Source: an uncultured Spirochaetota bacterium
Lineage (GTDB): Bacteria > Spirochaetota > Spirochaetia > SZUA-6 > Fen-1364
Assembly: GCA_963820525.1 (NCBI GenBank)
Contig: CAWGAA010000001.1
Coordinates: forward strand, 768,001-832,000
Direction of reading: 5' to 3'
Length of the DNA stretch: 64,000 bases
In this document: positions 1-11,519 of the stretch, one piece after another
Position numbering within the stretch: the stretch's first letter is position 1
Layout of the letters: each line of letters starts with the position of its first letter
Position numbers and translations under genes: made by a program
Notes under the pieces: generated by a model
Database searches by the model: none
What the model was told of the DNA's origin: nothing
Seen by the model: only the letters and a program-made list of their open reading frames with translations

Positions 1-127
1 TTAGTTTCAATGCATGGTACGTCACCTTGGCTTATTATCACCGATTACATTCTACGGCTTGGATCAAGCTCTTTCAATTGATTCGCTATATCTTTTCTGC
101 TTTCCTCAACGCCATCATACTGGATGG

Positions 128-244
128 ATATAACATGCTGTTGGAGTTGACCGCCTAGGCTACGCACCGTGACTAGTAGCTACGCGCGGTAAAACCTTTT
201 GTACTTGGATGATTCGGGGCGGCAACTCAACAGCGTCGTTACAT
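128..244 (+). repeat. attC: attC site (representative of about 57)
   Basis: ATATAAC-atgct-GTTGGAGTTG...CAACTCAAC-agcgtc-GTTACAT. Other attC start at 555, 994, 1434, 1827, 2251, 2669, 3062, 4599, 5026, 6554, 6946, 7385, 7777, 8166, 9128, 9551, 10529, 10920, 11688, 12111, 14086, 15037, 16497, 17754 (split), 19920, 21331, 21723, 23718, 24559, 25431, 27372, 27792, 28556, 28952, 30973, 31366, 32084, 34737 (half), 37130 (split), 39269, 40064, 41992, 42388, 42781, 43641, 44525, 45575 (split), 48587, 48978, 49368, 49763, 51244, 52098, 54546, 55445, 56261. Confidence 0.93.
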
Positions 245-554
245 TCAACGCTAAGAATTCTTTTATAGGAAGATTCCCTTTGTTTTTCTATTATAACTCA
301 AGATAAATGAAGACTATTCAATTTAGCTATATTGCATATTTTACCTCGTTGAATTCTTGTCTTACTTTTGCGCGGGCCATGTAAGTTCCCATTGGAACAG
401 CTCGCGCTCATTAGCTGAAAGGGCGTTATTAACCTTTCTGGAATCGTATTCTTTCGCTATTGGTTGAATTCTATCATCAATCAATCAACCTTGTATTTCG
501 TTCATGTCTTAGACTTCTCTGTTGGCCCGCGCATATTGTTTTGTTTCCGCGTAA
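239..554. repeat. Gene-less cassette family B (9 copies), candidate structured ncRNA or regulatory cassette
   Basis: About 310-316 bp with conserved TGCGCGGGCC...GGCCCGCGCA arms and no conserved ORF. Copies at 239, 1935, 2360, 3170 (IS630-split), 4710, 9239, 11795, 19604, 27480. Confidence 0.85.
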
Positions 555-663
555 ATGTAACATTCGGTTGGAGCAGACCGCTTGGGCTACGCATCGTTAC
601 TAATTGCTACGCTTGCTAAAATAATTGTACCTAGATGATTCGGCGCGGCTGCTCAACCGTGCG

Positions 664-993
664 TTATATTCACGCATATTGAAGATTCTTAGATAATTTC
701 AGTATTAGTTCCCTGTATACGTATGCTTGAGTATTGCTATCATAAAGGGCTTTTTTCCTATTTGAGTAATGTTGTGAGATTCACCTCTTTCATTTCTTTT
801 CTTTCCTTTGCGCGGGCCCTGGTAGTCACTAGGTCAAAGCTCGCGCCACTCTTTTGGTGGCCTCTCTTACCTTTTAACCTTGTTTTCTTTCGTTCAAGGT
901 TGAAGTCTAGATTCAACCTGTTGCGGTCAGCTTTTTTCACTCTCTTATAGTTCTCTGCATCGGCCCGCGCTAGTCTCTTATGTTTCCGCGTAA
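664..993. repeat. Gene-less cassette family C (4 copies), related to family B
   Basis: About 330 bp, sharing GCGCGGGCC/CTCGCGC/GGCCCGCGC and TTTCCGCGTAAAT with family B. Copies at 664, 1104, 5135, 7055. Confidence 0.8.
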
Positions 994-1542
994 ATATAAC
1001 AAGTCGTTGAAGCCGACCCCTTGACGTCCGGCTGAAAGTGTAGCAGCGGATTCGTAACAGCCGTCACGGTTGATCTGATGCGGCGGGGCGGCTTAACTCC
1101 ATGTTATATTCACGCATATTGAAGATTCTTAGATAATTTCAGTATTAGTTCCCTGTATACGTATGCTTGAGTATTGCTATCATAAAGGGCTTTTTTCCTA
1201 TTTGAGTAATGTTGTGAGATTCACCTCTTTCATTTCTTTTCTTTCCTTTGCGCGGGCCCTGGTAGTCACTAGGTCAAAGCTCGCGCCACTCTTTTGGTGG
1301 CCTCTCTTACCTTTTAACCTTGTTTTCTTTCGTTCAAGGTTGAAGTCTAGATTCAACCTGTTGCGGTCAGCTTTTTTCACTCTCTTATAGTTCTCTGCAT
1401 CGGCCCGCGCTAGTCTCTTATGTTTCCGCGTAAATATAACAAGTCGTTGCAGCTGACCGCCTAGGCTACGCGTCGTTAGAAATAACTACGCTCGTTCAAG
1501 TATTTGTTCTTTCTTGATTCGGGGCGGCAGCTGAACTCCATG

Positions 1543-1826
1543 TTATCTCCATCTAAATTTATATTGATTATCAATGAAGCACCAAATTATCAATTCAAGG
1601 ATATGGTATAAGACTTTTTTCAATTTCATATTTACTCATGATGGCGTTGGCATTGTTCTGGAAGGATGGCGGTGTTGTACTAGTTTGCCTGCTTGTTTTT
1701 AGGTTCAATACACTGCGCGTCACCTTGGCTTATTGTCACCGATTACATTATAGGGCTCGGATCAAGCTCTTTTAATTGATTCGATTGCTCTTTTTCTGCT
1801 TTCCTCAACGCCATCATACTGGATGG
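1543..1826. repeat. Gene-less cassette family A (18 copies), candidate structured ncRNA or regulatory cassette
   Basis: About 283 bp with conserved ATGATGGCGTTG...CAACGCCATCAT arms and GGAAGGATGGCGGTGTTGTACTA. Copies at 1 (partial), 1543, 2779, 6663, 7494, 7884, 10639, 20031 (IS1595-split), 21440, 28666, 31083, 38985, 42102, 42497, 48695, 49086, 49477, 49872. Confidence 0.87.
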
Positions 1827-3358
1827 AGATAACATGTCGTTGCAGCTGACCGCCCAAGCTACGCGTCGTCACTTAGAACTACGCGCGCTCAGGTATTTCA
1901 TTTTTTTGATACGGGGCGGCAGCTGAACTCCTTGTTACATTCAACGCTAAGAATTCTTTTGTAGGAAGATTCCCTTTGTTTTTCTATTATAACTCAAGAT
2001 AAATGAAGACTATTCAATTTAGCTATATTGCATATTTTACCTCGTTGAATTCTTGTCTTACTTTTGCGCGGGCCATGTAAGTTCCCATTGGAACAGCTCG
2101 CGCTCATTAGCTGAAAGGGCGTTATTAACCTTTCTGGAATCGTATTCTTTCGCTATTGGTTGAATTCTATCATCAATCAATCAACCTTGTATTTCGTTCA
2201 TATCTTAGACTTCTCTGTTGGCCCGCGCATATTGTTTTGTTTCCGCGTAAATGTAACATTCGGTTGGAGCAGACCGCTTGGGCTACGCATCGTTACTAAT
2301 TGCTACGCTTGCTAAAATAATTGTACCTAGATGATTCGGCGCGGCTGCTCAACCGTGCGTTACATTCAACGCTAAGATATATCTTGTGGAATATTCGCTA
2401 TATTCTGCATAGAATCACTCAAGATAAAGAAGACTATACGATTTAGCTTTATATGTTACTTTGTCGAATTCTTGTTTTACTTTTGCGCGGGCCATGTAAG
2501 TTCCCATTGGAACAGCTCGCGCTCATTAGCTTAAAGGGCATTATTACCTTATAAAATCCTTTTATTTCACTATTGGTTGAATTCTATCTTCAATCAACTA
2601 ACCTTATATTTTTATCATATCGTGAAGCTTCTCTGTCGGCCCGCGCATATTGTTCTGTTTCCGCGTAAATGTAACAAGTCGTTGCAGCTGACCGCCTGGG
2701 CTACGCGTCGTTACAAATAATTACGCGTGCTGTAGTATATACACTTTTCCTGATTCGGGGCGGCAGCTGAACTCCATGTTATCTCCATCTAGATTTGTAT
2801 TGATTAGCAATGAAGCAACGTATTATTAATTCAATAATATTGGATAAGACATTTTTCAATAGATTTCTTACCCATGATAGCGTTGTCATTGCTCTGGAAG
2901 GATGGCGGTGTTGTACTAGTTTGCCTGCTTGTTTTTAGTTTCAATACACTGCACGTCACCTTGGCTTGTTGGTAACGATTACATTTTAGGGCTCGGATCA
3001 AGCTCTTTCAATTGATTCAATAGATCTTTTCTGCTTTCCTCAACGCCATCATACTTGATGGAGATAACATGTCGTTGCAGCTGACCGCCCAAGCTACGCG
3101 TCGTCACTTAGAACTACGCGTGCTCAGGTATTTCCTCTTTTTGAGGCGGGGCGGCAGCTGAACTCCTTGTTATATCCACGCTAAAGAAATTCTTTGGGAG
3201 AATGTTTTGCTTGTTCTGTTTTGAATTACTCAAAGCAAATAAAGAATTCTCTTTCACAATCTTGCGGGTTTTACCTTGTTGAATTCTTTTGATACCTTTG
3301 CGCGGGCCATCTACGTTCCTGTTGGAACAGCTCGCGCACGTTAGCTAAAGGGGCATTA

Positions 3359-4469
3359 TACAGAGCGTCTTAAGTAATTGCGCATAATTGCATAATGTGA
3401 TTTTATATAGGAATGAAACAACTGATTATCGCGGATGCCCCCACTATCATCCTTGGACTGCAAGACGAAATCCGTCGTTCACAGGAATCCCGCTATGATC
3501 ATCGACTTCATGGCATTCTGCTCGTAGCACAGGGAATGAGCTGTATTGAGGTTGCGCATTTTCTCGGCGATGCACCACGAACCGTGCAGTATTGGATTCG
3601 CCGCTTCGAGGCGGAAGGACTCGCGGGCATTGTTGAAGGCGATCGAACTGGACGACCCACACGCCTCAAACCTGAACAAATACAAGAAGTGAGCCGCGCT
3701 CTTCGACAACCACCAGCTGCCGCTGGGTTGTCTGGTAACCTATGGGATGGAAAGACACTCTCCGCCTTCATTGTACAGCGCTATAAAGTCAGGTTGGGTG
3801 TACGTCAATGTCAACGCGTCTTTCGACAACTCAACTTCCGACTGCGCAAGCCTCGTCCAGTAATTGCGCGAGCCGATCCGACTCGCCAGACCGAGTATAA
3901 AAAAAACTCAAGGCGTTGATGCTGGATGAACAGATAGATTTGTGGGCGACGGATGAGGTACACTTTCAGCAGTACGGCTCACGATGCCGAATGTGGGTTC
4001 CACCCGAAGTCAAAGATCCGGTACTGCTACATTATCCCGGGCGAAAGAGCGTGGGATACTTCGGTGCCGTTCGTCTGCGCGACGGCAAATTCTTCTTCAA
4101 ACGCGAAGAGGATAGTTTCGACGCGAATACATTCTTCGTGTTCATGAAGCAATTGCGCTTCAGAGCTTCAAAGAGTCAAAGGCGCATCGTCGTGATCACT
4201 GATAATGCCAGATACCACCATGCAAAGCTCCACAAGCAGTGGCGCGAGGAGCACAGCGCATCTTTCATACTGGATTATCTGCCGCCGTATAGTCCCGATC
4301 TGAACCCAATCGAAAGAATGTGGAAGCTCACTAGACGGCTCTGTCTGCATAACAGATACTTCCCTACTATGGGCGATGTCACGTACGCGGTTGAAGACCG
4401 CTTCGCTCAGTGGGAGGCGCCAAATGAAACATTACGTCGTTTATGCGCAATTACTTAGGACGCTATGTA
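3359..4469 (+). mobile_element. IS630-family insertion sequence
   Basis: 29-bp IRs (TACAGAGCGTCTTAAGTAATTGCGCATAA) and a TA duplication. The empty site is visible in the sister cassette at ~19790. Confidence 0.93.
3413..4458 (+). CDS. IS630 transposase (HTH ORF 3413-3919 plus DDE ORF 3916-4458, probable -1 programmed frameshift)
   Basis: DEVHF, DNARYH and LPPYSPDLNPIE motifs. An A8C run at 3899-3907 lies at the junction of the two frames. Confidence 0.9.
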
Positions 4470-5465
4470 TAATTACCTTTTTTAGCATCACTTTCTTTCG
4501 CTTTGCCTGAATTCTATCATCAATCAACTAACCTGATATTTTATCCATATCGTGAAGCTTGTCCTTCGGCCCGCGCATATTGGTCTGTTTCCGCGTAGAT
4601 ATAACATGCTGTTGGAGTTGACCGCCTAGGCGACGCTCCCCTACTTTCAACTACGCGCGGTAATGCATTTTGTGCTTGGATGATTCGGGGCGGCAACTCA
4701 ACAGCGTCGTTACATTCAACGCTAAGAATTCTTTTATAGGAAGATTCCCTTTGTTTTTCTATTATAACTCAAGATAGATTAAGACTATTCAATTTAGCTA
4801 TATTGCATATTTTACCTCGTTGAATTCTTGTCTTACTTTTGCGCGGGCCATGTAAGTTCCCATTGGAGCAGCTCGCGCTAATTAGCTGAAAGGGCGTTAT
4901 TAACCTTTCTGGAATCGTATTCTTTCGCTATTGGTTGAATTCTATCATCAATCAATCAACCTTGTATTTCGTTCATGTCTTAGACTTCTCTGTTGGCCCG
5001 CGCATATTGTTTTGTTTCCGCGTAAATGTAACATTCGGTTGGAGCAGACCGCTTGGGCTACGCATCGTTACTAATTGCTACGCTTGCTAAAATAATTGTA
5101 CCTAGATGATTCGGCGCGGCTGCTCAACCGTGCGTTATATTCACGCATATTGATGATTCTTAGATAATTTCAGTATTAGTTCCCTGTATACGTATGCTTG
5201 AGTATTGCTATCATAAAGGGCTTTTTTCCTATTTGAGTAATGTTGTGAGATTCACCTCTTTCATTTCTTTTCTTTCCTTTGCGCGGGCCCTGGTAGTCAC
5301 TAGCTCAAAGCTCGCGCCACTCTTTTGGTGGCCTCTATTACCTTTTAACCTTGTTTTCTTTCGTTCAAGGTTGAAGTCTAGATTCAACCTGTTGCGGTCA
5401 GCTTTTTTCACTCTCTTATAGTTCTCTGCATCGGCCCGCGCTAGTCTCTTATGTTTCCGCGTAAA

Positions 5466-6551
5466 CCTGAATTCAACCTCGAAGTGCAACGATTCTTATT
5501 TTTCATGATACACCTCCTGGGGCGTTCTGTAGCCGTGCCGTTTTCTAGGCCTTGAGTTTAGGCTAAAGGCAATCTGCTCGCATAGAGCTTGAGTGACATC
5601 CCTCATGCAGGTTTTCTTTGGAAGATACTGACGGATCAAACCGTTTAGGTTCTCGTTGCTGCCTCGCTCCCAGGAATGATAAGGCGTTGCAAAGTAGCAT
5701 TTCAGTTCGGAATGATCCTCCAGGGTCCTGTAGTCATGGAATTCTGTACCGTTGTCCAAGGTGAGTGTCTTGAAGTTGGCTACGTTCTCCCTAATAGCCG
5801 GCAGTGCTGCCTCTGTTACTGAGGCTGCTGTTCTTGAGCTCATTTTCCTTATGATAGCAAATCCCGACTTTCGTTCCACCAGAGTGAGGATGCAGTGATG
5901 AAGGTCCCTGCCCATGACGGTGTCGCCCTCCCAATGACCCAATTCTTTACGAGTTTCAACCTCTGGAGGCCTCGTTGAAATATGGCGTTTTCCTGGGAGA
6001 ATTCCTCTTGAATCCCTTGAATTGTAACGTTTTCGCCGCAGTTTCGGCATGATTCGAAGGTTCTTAAATAGCGTTCCTCCATGTTTCTTATCGTTCAGGA
6101 TGTACTTGTAGATGGTCTCGTGACTGATTGTGAATGATCCATTCTTCTTCTGGTAAGCAGATATCTGTTCAGGGCTCCATTTCTCTTTCAAAAGAACAGT
6201 TACTTGCTGCATTTGTTCTGGGCTGAAGCGCGAACCGCGCCTTTCACGTCGCCGTCTTGCAGTTGAATAGCTTTGGGCAAGCTCAGCTCGGTACCTCAAG
6301 TCATGGTTAGTTCGGTTTCGATGAAGTTCCCTGCTGATCGTGCTAGCTGAGCGACCTAGCTCACGTGCAATGTCAGCTTTAGATCTTCGGCTTACTAAAA
6401 AAGCTGTTATGGTGTATCTTTCTTCTCGAGAGAGTTGGTGATAGTTATTCATGTATGAATCCCCTTTCTTGGCGGAAAATGGAGGCATACAATAATATCT
6501 CAGCTCTCTCATTTTTAATCCATATCGTTGCGCTTACTATTTGAACCTGCG
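5466..6551 (-). mobile_element. IS30-family element copy 1, at attC R''
   Basis: Ends CCTGAATTCAA...TTGAACCTGCG; flanks AAA/AAA. Confidence 0.93.
5496..6452 (-). CDS. IS30 transposase
   Basis: GHWEGDTV, TLDNGTEF and WERGSNENLNGLIRQYLPK motifs; start placed after an SD-like AGAAAGGGG. Confidence 0.93.
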   Translation of the reverse strand: MNNYHQLSREERYTITAFLVSRRSKADIARELGRSASTISRELHRNRTNHDLRYRAELAQSYSTARRRRERRGSRFSPEQMQQVTVLLKEKWSPEQISAYQKKNGSFTISHETIYKYILNDKKHGGTLFKNLRIMPKLRRKRYNSRDSRGILPGKRHISTRPPEVETRKELGHWEGDTVMGRDLHHCILTLVERKSGFAIIRKMSSRTAASVTEAALPAIRENVANFKTLTLDNGTEFHDYRTLEDHSELKCYFATPYHSWERGSNENLNGLIRQYLPKKTCMRDVTQALCEQIAFSLNSRPRKRHGYRTPQEVYHEK

Positions 6552-8299
6552 AAATATAACAAGTCGTTGCAGCTGACCGCCTAGGCTACGCGTCGTTAGA
6601 AATAACTACGCTCGTTCAAGTATTTGTTCTTTCTTGATTCGGGGCGGCAGCTGAACTCCATGTTATATCCAATCAAATTTATGGTGATTAGCAATGAATT
6701 AAAGAATTATTAATTCAATAATATTGGAGAAGATGTTTTTCAATAGCTTCCTTTCACATGATGGCGTTGGCATTTGGCGGGAAGGTTGGCGGCGTTGTAC
6801 TACATTGCCTGCTTATCTTTAGCTTCAATTCATGGCACGTCACTTTGGCTTGTTATCACCGATTACATTCAACGGCTCAGATCAAGCTCTTTCAAATGAT
6901 TCGATAGATCTTTTCTGCTTTCCTCAACGCCATCATACCTGATGGATATAACATGCGGTTGGAGTTGTCCGCCTATGTCACGCTTCGTTACATTTTGTTT
7001 CATTTGCTAGGGTTCCTTCGGTTGATGATTCGGGGCGGCAACTCAACAGCGTCGTTATATTCACGCATATTGAAGATTCTTAGATAATTTCAGTATTAGT
7101 TCCCTGTATACGTATGCTTGAGTATTGCTATCCTAAAGGGCTTTTTTCCTATTTGAGTAATGTTGTGAGATTCACCTCTTTCATTTCTTTTCTTTCCTTT
7201 GCGCGGGCCCTGGTAGTCACTAGGTAAAAGCTCGCGCCACTCTTTTGGTGGCCTCTATTACCTTTTAACCTTGTTTTCTTTCGTTCAAGGTTGAAGTCTA
7301 GATTCAACCTGTTGCGGTCAGCTTTTTTCACTCTCTTATAGTTCTCTGCATCGGCCCGCGCTAGTCTCTTATGTTTCCGCGTAAATATAACAAGTCGTTG
7401 CAGCTGACCGCCTAGGCTACGCGTCGTTAGAAATAACTACGCTCGTTCAAGTATTTGTTCTTTCTTGATTCGGGGCGGCAGCTGAACTCCATGTTATCTC
7501 TATCTAGATTTATATTGGTTAGCAATGAAGTTAAGAATTATTAATTCAATAATCTTGGATAAGACGTTTTTCACTAGCTTGCTTTCCCATGATGGCGTTG
7601 GCTTTGCTCTGGAAGGATGGCGGTGTTGTACTAGGGTGCATGCTTATTTTTAGTTTCAATACTCTGCACATCACCTTGGCTTATTATCACCGATTGCATT
7701 CTACGGCTCGTATCAAGCTCTTTCAATTGATTCGCTAGATCTTTTCTGCTTTCCGCAACGCCATCATACTGGATAGAGATAACATGTCGTTGCAGCTGAC
7801 CGCCTAGGATACGCGTCATCACTGATAATTACGCGCGCTCAAGTATTTGTTTTTCCTATGCGGGGCGGCAGCTGAACTCTGTGTTATATCCAATCAAATT
7901 TATGATGATTAGAAATGATGTAAAGAATTATAATTCAATAATATTGGATAGGAGGTTTTTCAATAGATTGCTTTCCCATGATGGCGTTGACATTGCTCTG
8001 GAAGGATGGCGGTGTTGTACTACTTTTCATGCTTGTCTTTAGTTTCAATGCATGGTACGTCACCTTGGCTTATTATCACCGATTACATTCTACGGCTTGG
8101 ATCAAGCTCTTTCAATTGATTCGCTATATCTTTTCTGCTTTCCTCAACGCCATCATACTGGATGGATATAACATGCTGTTGGAGTTGACCGCCTAGGCTA
8201 CGCTTCGTTGCCATTGACTACGCGCGTTGAAGCAATTGTACTTGGATGATTCGGGGCGGCAACTCAACAGCGTCGTTAGCCTGCTTTAAGGATGAGAAA

Positions 8300-9133
8300 A
8301 TGAAAGTATTCATGACAGGAAATCGTGGATTCATTGGACAAATAGTTGAAAAAGAACTGCTTTCCTCTGGTTTTCAAGTGAAAGGTTATGATATTGAAGA
8401 TGATCAGGATGTTCTTGATTACGGGAAACTAGAACAAGAAATGTCTGGCTGTAAACTCGTTATTCATCTTGCATCTATCGAAACAGAACATGAAATTGAA
8501 ACAATGGATGTCAACTTATTAGGAACATGGAATGTTCTTCAAATCGCTAAACGGAATAATGTACAGAAAATAGTCTATATAAGTAGCGTAGATGCTCTTG
8601 GAGTATTTCAAGGAGAAGGGATACCCAAATATTTGCCTCTTGATGATGATTATCCTTGCCACCCGAGAGCTACATATTCTATATCAAAACTTCTTTCAGA
8701 GGAGATGTGCTATCATTATTTTCGTGCTACTGGAACTAGCATTATCATTCTCAGACCTCCAGGCGTTTGGAATAAAGAAACATACTCTGAAATAAAGACT
8801 TACCGTCAGATTAGGCCTGAATATGAATGGGATCCATATTGGGAATATGGGGCATTTATAGATGTTAGGGACCTGTCAAAAGCAATTGTATTATCACTTG
8901 ATGGTGAAATAAAGGGATTCCATAAACATCTTATTGCATCAGATGATATCACAACATCCGGAATGACAAGCATGGAATTGGTACATAAATTAATGCCTCA
9001 AGTTGAATGGCGTGGCAATGATGAATATGTAAAAGAACCATATAAATCATTATTGAATACAAATGCGATTAAGAAATTATTAAAATGGAGTCCGAAGTAT
9101 TCATGGAAATTGAGTGAAAAGAAAGCAGGCTAA
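8300..9133 (+). CDS. NAD-dependent epimerase/dehydratase (extended SDR)
   Basis: TGNRGFIG and YSISK motifs; stop codon lies inside the attC R'' box. Confidence 0.9.
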   Translation: MKVFMTGNRGFIGQIVEKELLSSGFQVKGYDIEDDQDVLDYGKLEQEMSGCKLVIHLASIETEHEIETMDVNLLGTWNVLQIAKRNNVQKIVYISSVDALGVFQGEGIPKYLPLDDDYPCHPRATYSISKLLSEEMCYHYFRATGTSIIILRPPGVWNKETYSEIKTYRQIRPEYEWDPYWEYGAFIDVRDLSKAIVLSLDGEIKGFHKHLIASDDITTSGMTSMELVHKLMPQVEWRGNDEYVKEPYKSLLNTNAIKKLLKWSPKYSWKLSEKKAG

Positions 9134-9688
9134 CATGCTGTTGGAGTTGACCGCCCAGGCTACGCGTCGTGACTATTAGCTACATGCGGTAAAGCCTGTT
9201 GTACTTGGATGATTCGGGGCGGCAACTCAACAGCGTCGTTACATCCACGCTAATAATTTCTTTGAGAGAATATTTTGCCTGTTCTGTTTTGAATTATTCA
9301 AAGCAAATAAAGAATTCGATTTAGCAATCTTGCAGGTTTTACTTTGGTGAATTCCTCTGATACTTTTGCACGGGCCATGTAAGTTCCCATTGGAACAGCT
9401 CGCGCCCATTAGCTGAAAGGGCATCATCAACTTTTAACATTATTTTCTTTCGATATGCCCGAATTCTATTATCAATCAACTAACCTTATTTTTTCTTCAT
9501 ATCGTGAAGCTTCTTTGCTGGCCCGCGCATATTGTTCTTTTTCCGCGTAGATGTAACATGCGGTTGGAGCAGACCGCTTGGACTACGCATCGTTACTTAT
9601 AGCTACGCGTGTTAAAACCAATTGTACCTGGATGATGCGGCGCGGCTGCTCAACCGCGTCGTTATGCCGTCTTGATGGAGGTGTCAAA

Positions 9689-10534
9689 GTGAGTGAGTAC
9701 TTCCTGCAAGTTGAATACTGGCCTCAAAAGCTGCCGAATGCGCATCGAGAGCTACTGCAAGGAATCATCAGGAACATTTCTGCACGTTCAGATCTACTAG
9801 GACTGGCCATCGGTGGTTCCTTCGTATCCGGAGAAATGGACGAGTATTCAGACCTGGGCCTAAAGGTTATCGCGGACGCAAAGGAATGGCAAGCGGTAAA
9901 CGAAGCTCGGAAGCAGATAGCCGCGTCCGTCGGCCCCTTGCTCGCTACATTCACGGCGGAGCATATTGGCGTTCCACAGATGCTCATATGCCTGTACGGC
10001 GAGCTTCCCATACATGTAGATCTGCACTTCATGGTTCCTGAGCAATTTGCTTCAAGGCCGGAGGATCCGGTGATACTGTGGGATCGCAATGGGATGTTGC
10101 ATGCCGTATTGTCCCACAGCAAACCATACTCAACGTCGGTGGACTGGCAGTGGATCGAAGATAGGTTTTGGACTTGGATACACTACGTAGCAACAAGAGT
10201 CGCACGGGGAGAATTGTTTGAAACGATTCGATTCCTGTCACTTATAGGAGAGAAAGTACTTGGGCCGATAGCTGTCGAGATCTCAGGTGGCAAGTCACAC
10301 GGACTACGTCGTTTTGAGCAGATTGCAGGCAAATACCTTGACCCAATGCGATCAACAGTCGTCTCTTACAATAGGGATGAGATGGTTCAAGCGCTTTTCA
10401 ACGTGGTGGATATCTACAGGTCCTTTCGGAAGAACCATGCGCCAGGTACCCTGAGAATTAACGAGAAAGCGGAAGAAGTAGTCATTCACTATCTTGAGAA
10501 CATATCAAGGCAAGTCGCTGCAGAGACGGCATAA
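9689..10534 (+). CDS. Nucleotidyltransferase (LinB/aminoglycoside adenylyltransferase-like)
   Basis: GGS...DEYSDLG motif and a helical C-terminal domain; GTG start after GGAGGTG. Confidence 0.75.
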   Translation: MSEYFLQVEYWPQKLPNAHRELLQGIIRNISARSDLLGLAIGGSFVSGEMDEYSDLGLKVIADAKEWQAVNEARKQIAASVGPLLATFTAEHIGVPQMLICLYGELPIHVDLHFMVPEQFASRPEDPVILWDRNGMLHAVLSHSKPYSTSVDWQWIEDRFWTWIHYVATRVARGELFETIRFLSLIGEKVLGPIAVEISGGKSHGLRRFEQIAGKYLDPMRSTVVSYNRDEMVQALFNVVDIYRSFRKNHAPGTLRINEKAEEVVIHYLENISRQVAAETA

Positions 10535-11225
10535 CATCTCGTTGCAGTTGACGCCTTAGGTGGTCTTCTGTTTCGAGGGACTGTCGTCGCCGGGGTTCGC
10601 TTCGCGCTGGTGAATCGGCGGCGCAACTGAACTCGGCGTTATATCCATCTAAATTTATATTGATTAGTGAAGAAGCATCGGATTATTAATTCGATAATAA
10701 TAAAAGACGTATTTCAATTGCCTATTTGCCTATGATGGCGTTGGCATTGCTCTGGAAGGATGGCTGTGTTGTACTACATTGCTTGCTTTTCTTTAGTTTC
10801 AGTACATGGCACGTCACCTCGGCTTGCCAACACCGATTGCATTCAACGGCTCGGATCAAGCTCCTTCAATTGATTAGATAGATCTTTTCTGCTTTCCTCA
10901 ACGCCATCATACTGGATGGATATAACATGCTGTTGGAGTTGTCCGCCTTGGCTACGCTTCGTTACTGATGCTACGCGCGCTTAAGCATTTGTACTTGGAT
11001 GATTCGGGGCGGCAACTCAACAGCGTCGTTACGCGGCTTTGATAGAATTATATAAGCATGAATGGAGAATGTCTCGAGTCTAATCTGGCAATGAAAGAAT
11101 GCGGGCTAGAAACAAACGGGTAAAAAGATTCAATCGAATCGACATTAGGGAAATATGAAACGTTGATGATTTGACTTTAATCGCGGGGTGGTGCACCATT
11201 AATTTCTTTCGGAGGAGGAGTAGTC

Positions 11226-11519
11226 ATGGTAAGAAGAATTCTGCTTATGAAAATGACAGACCAGGGAGCAAAGGACATCAAGGGAGCGCCTCAGCGAGTT
11301 GAACAGGCAATAGCTACCTTCGAAAAGATGGGTGGCAAGATAGTCGGCTTCTATCTTGTCACTGGAGAGTATGACTATATTGCCATTGGGGAAGCGCCGA
11401 CTGATGAGGTCGCCATGTCTTTCGCCATGGGGCTGAGCGCCCTGGGGAATGTCAGAACCGTATCAATCCAGGCATACACCAAGGAAGAGTTTGCTGGTAT
11501 GGTCAAGAAGCTACCGTAG
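11226..11519 (+). CDS. GYD domain protein
   Basis: 97 aa with GEYD motif; strong SD GGAGGAG. Confidence 0.85.
   Translation: MVRRILLMKMTDQGAKDIKGAPQRVEQAIATFEKMGGKIVGFYLVTGEYDYIAIGEAPTDEVAMSFAMGLSALGNVRTVSIQAYTKEEFAGMVKKLP

Noticed and set aside
723..950. 75-aa (+) and 60-aa (-) ORFs in family C cassettes
   Set aside because: The + ORF is absent from the ORF track for the 7055 copy, and related family B copies have stops in the - frames I translated. A small basic peptide is not fully excluded.
1..8274. CRISPR array
   Set aside because: The repeats are ~115-bp attC-like palindromes separated by 280-330 bp units that are themselves repeated; there are no cas genes.
9578..9688. N-terminal ORF extensions starting inside attC (also 8246, 27862, 31471, 39374, 52169)
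   Set aside because: They lie in the previous cassette's attC; better starts exist downstream.
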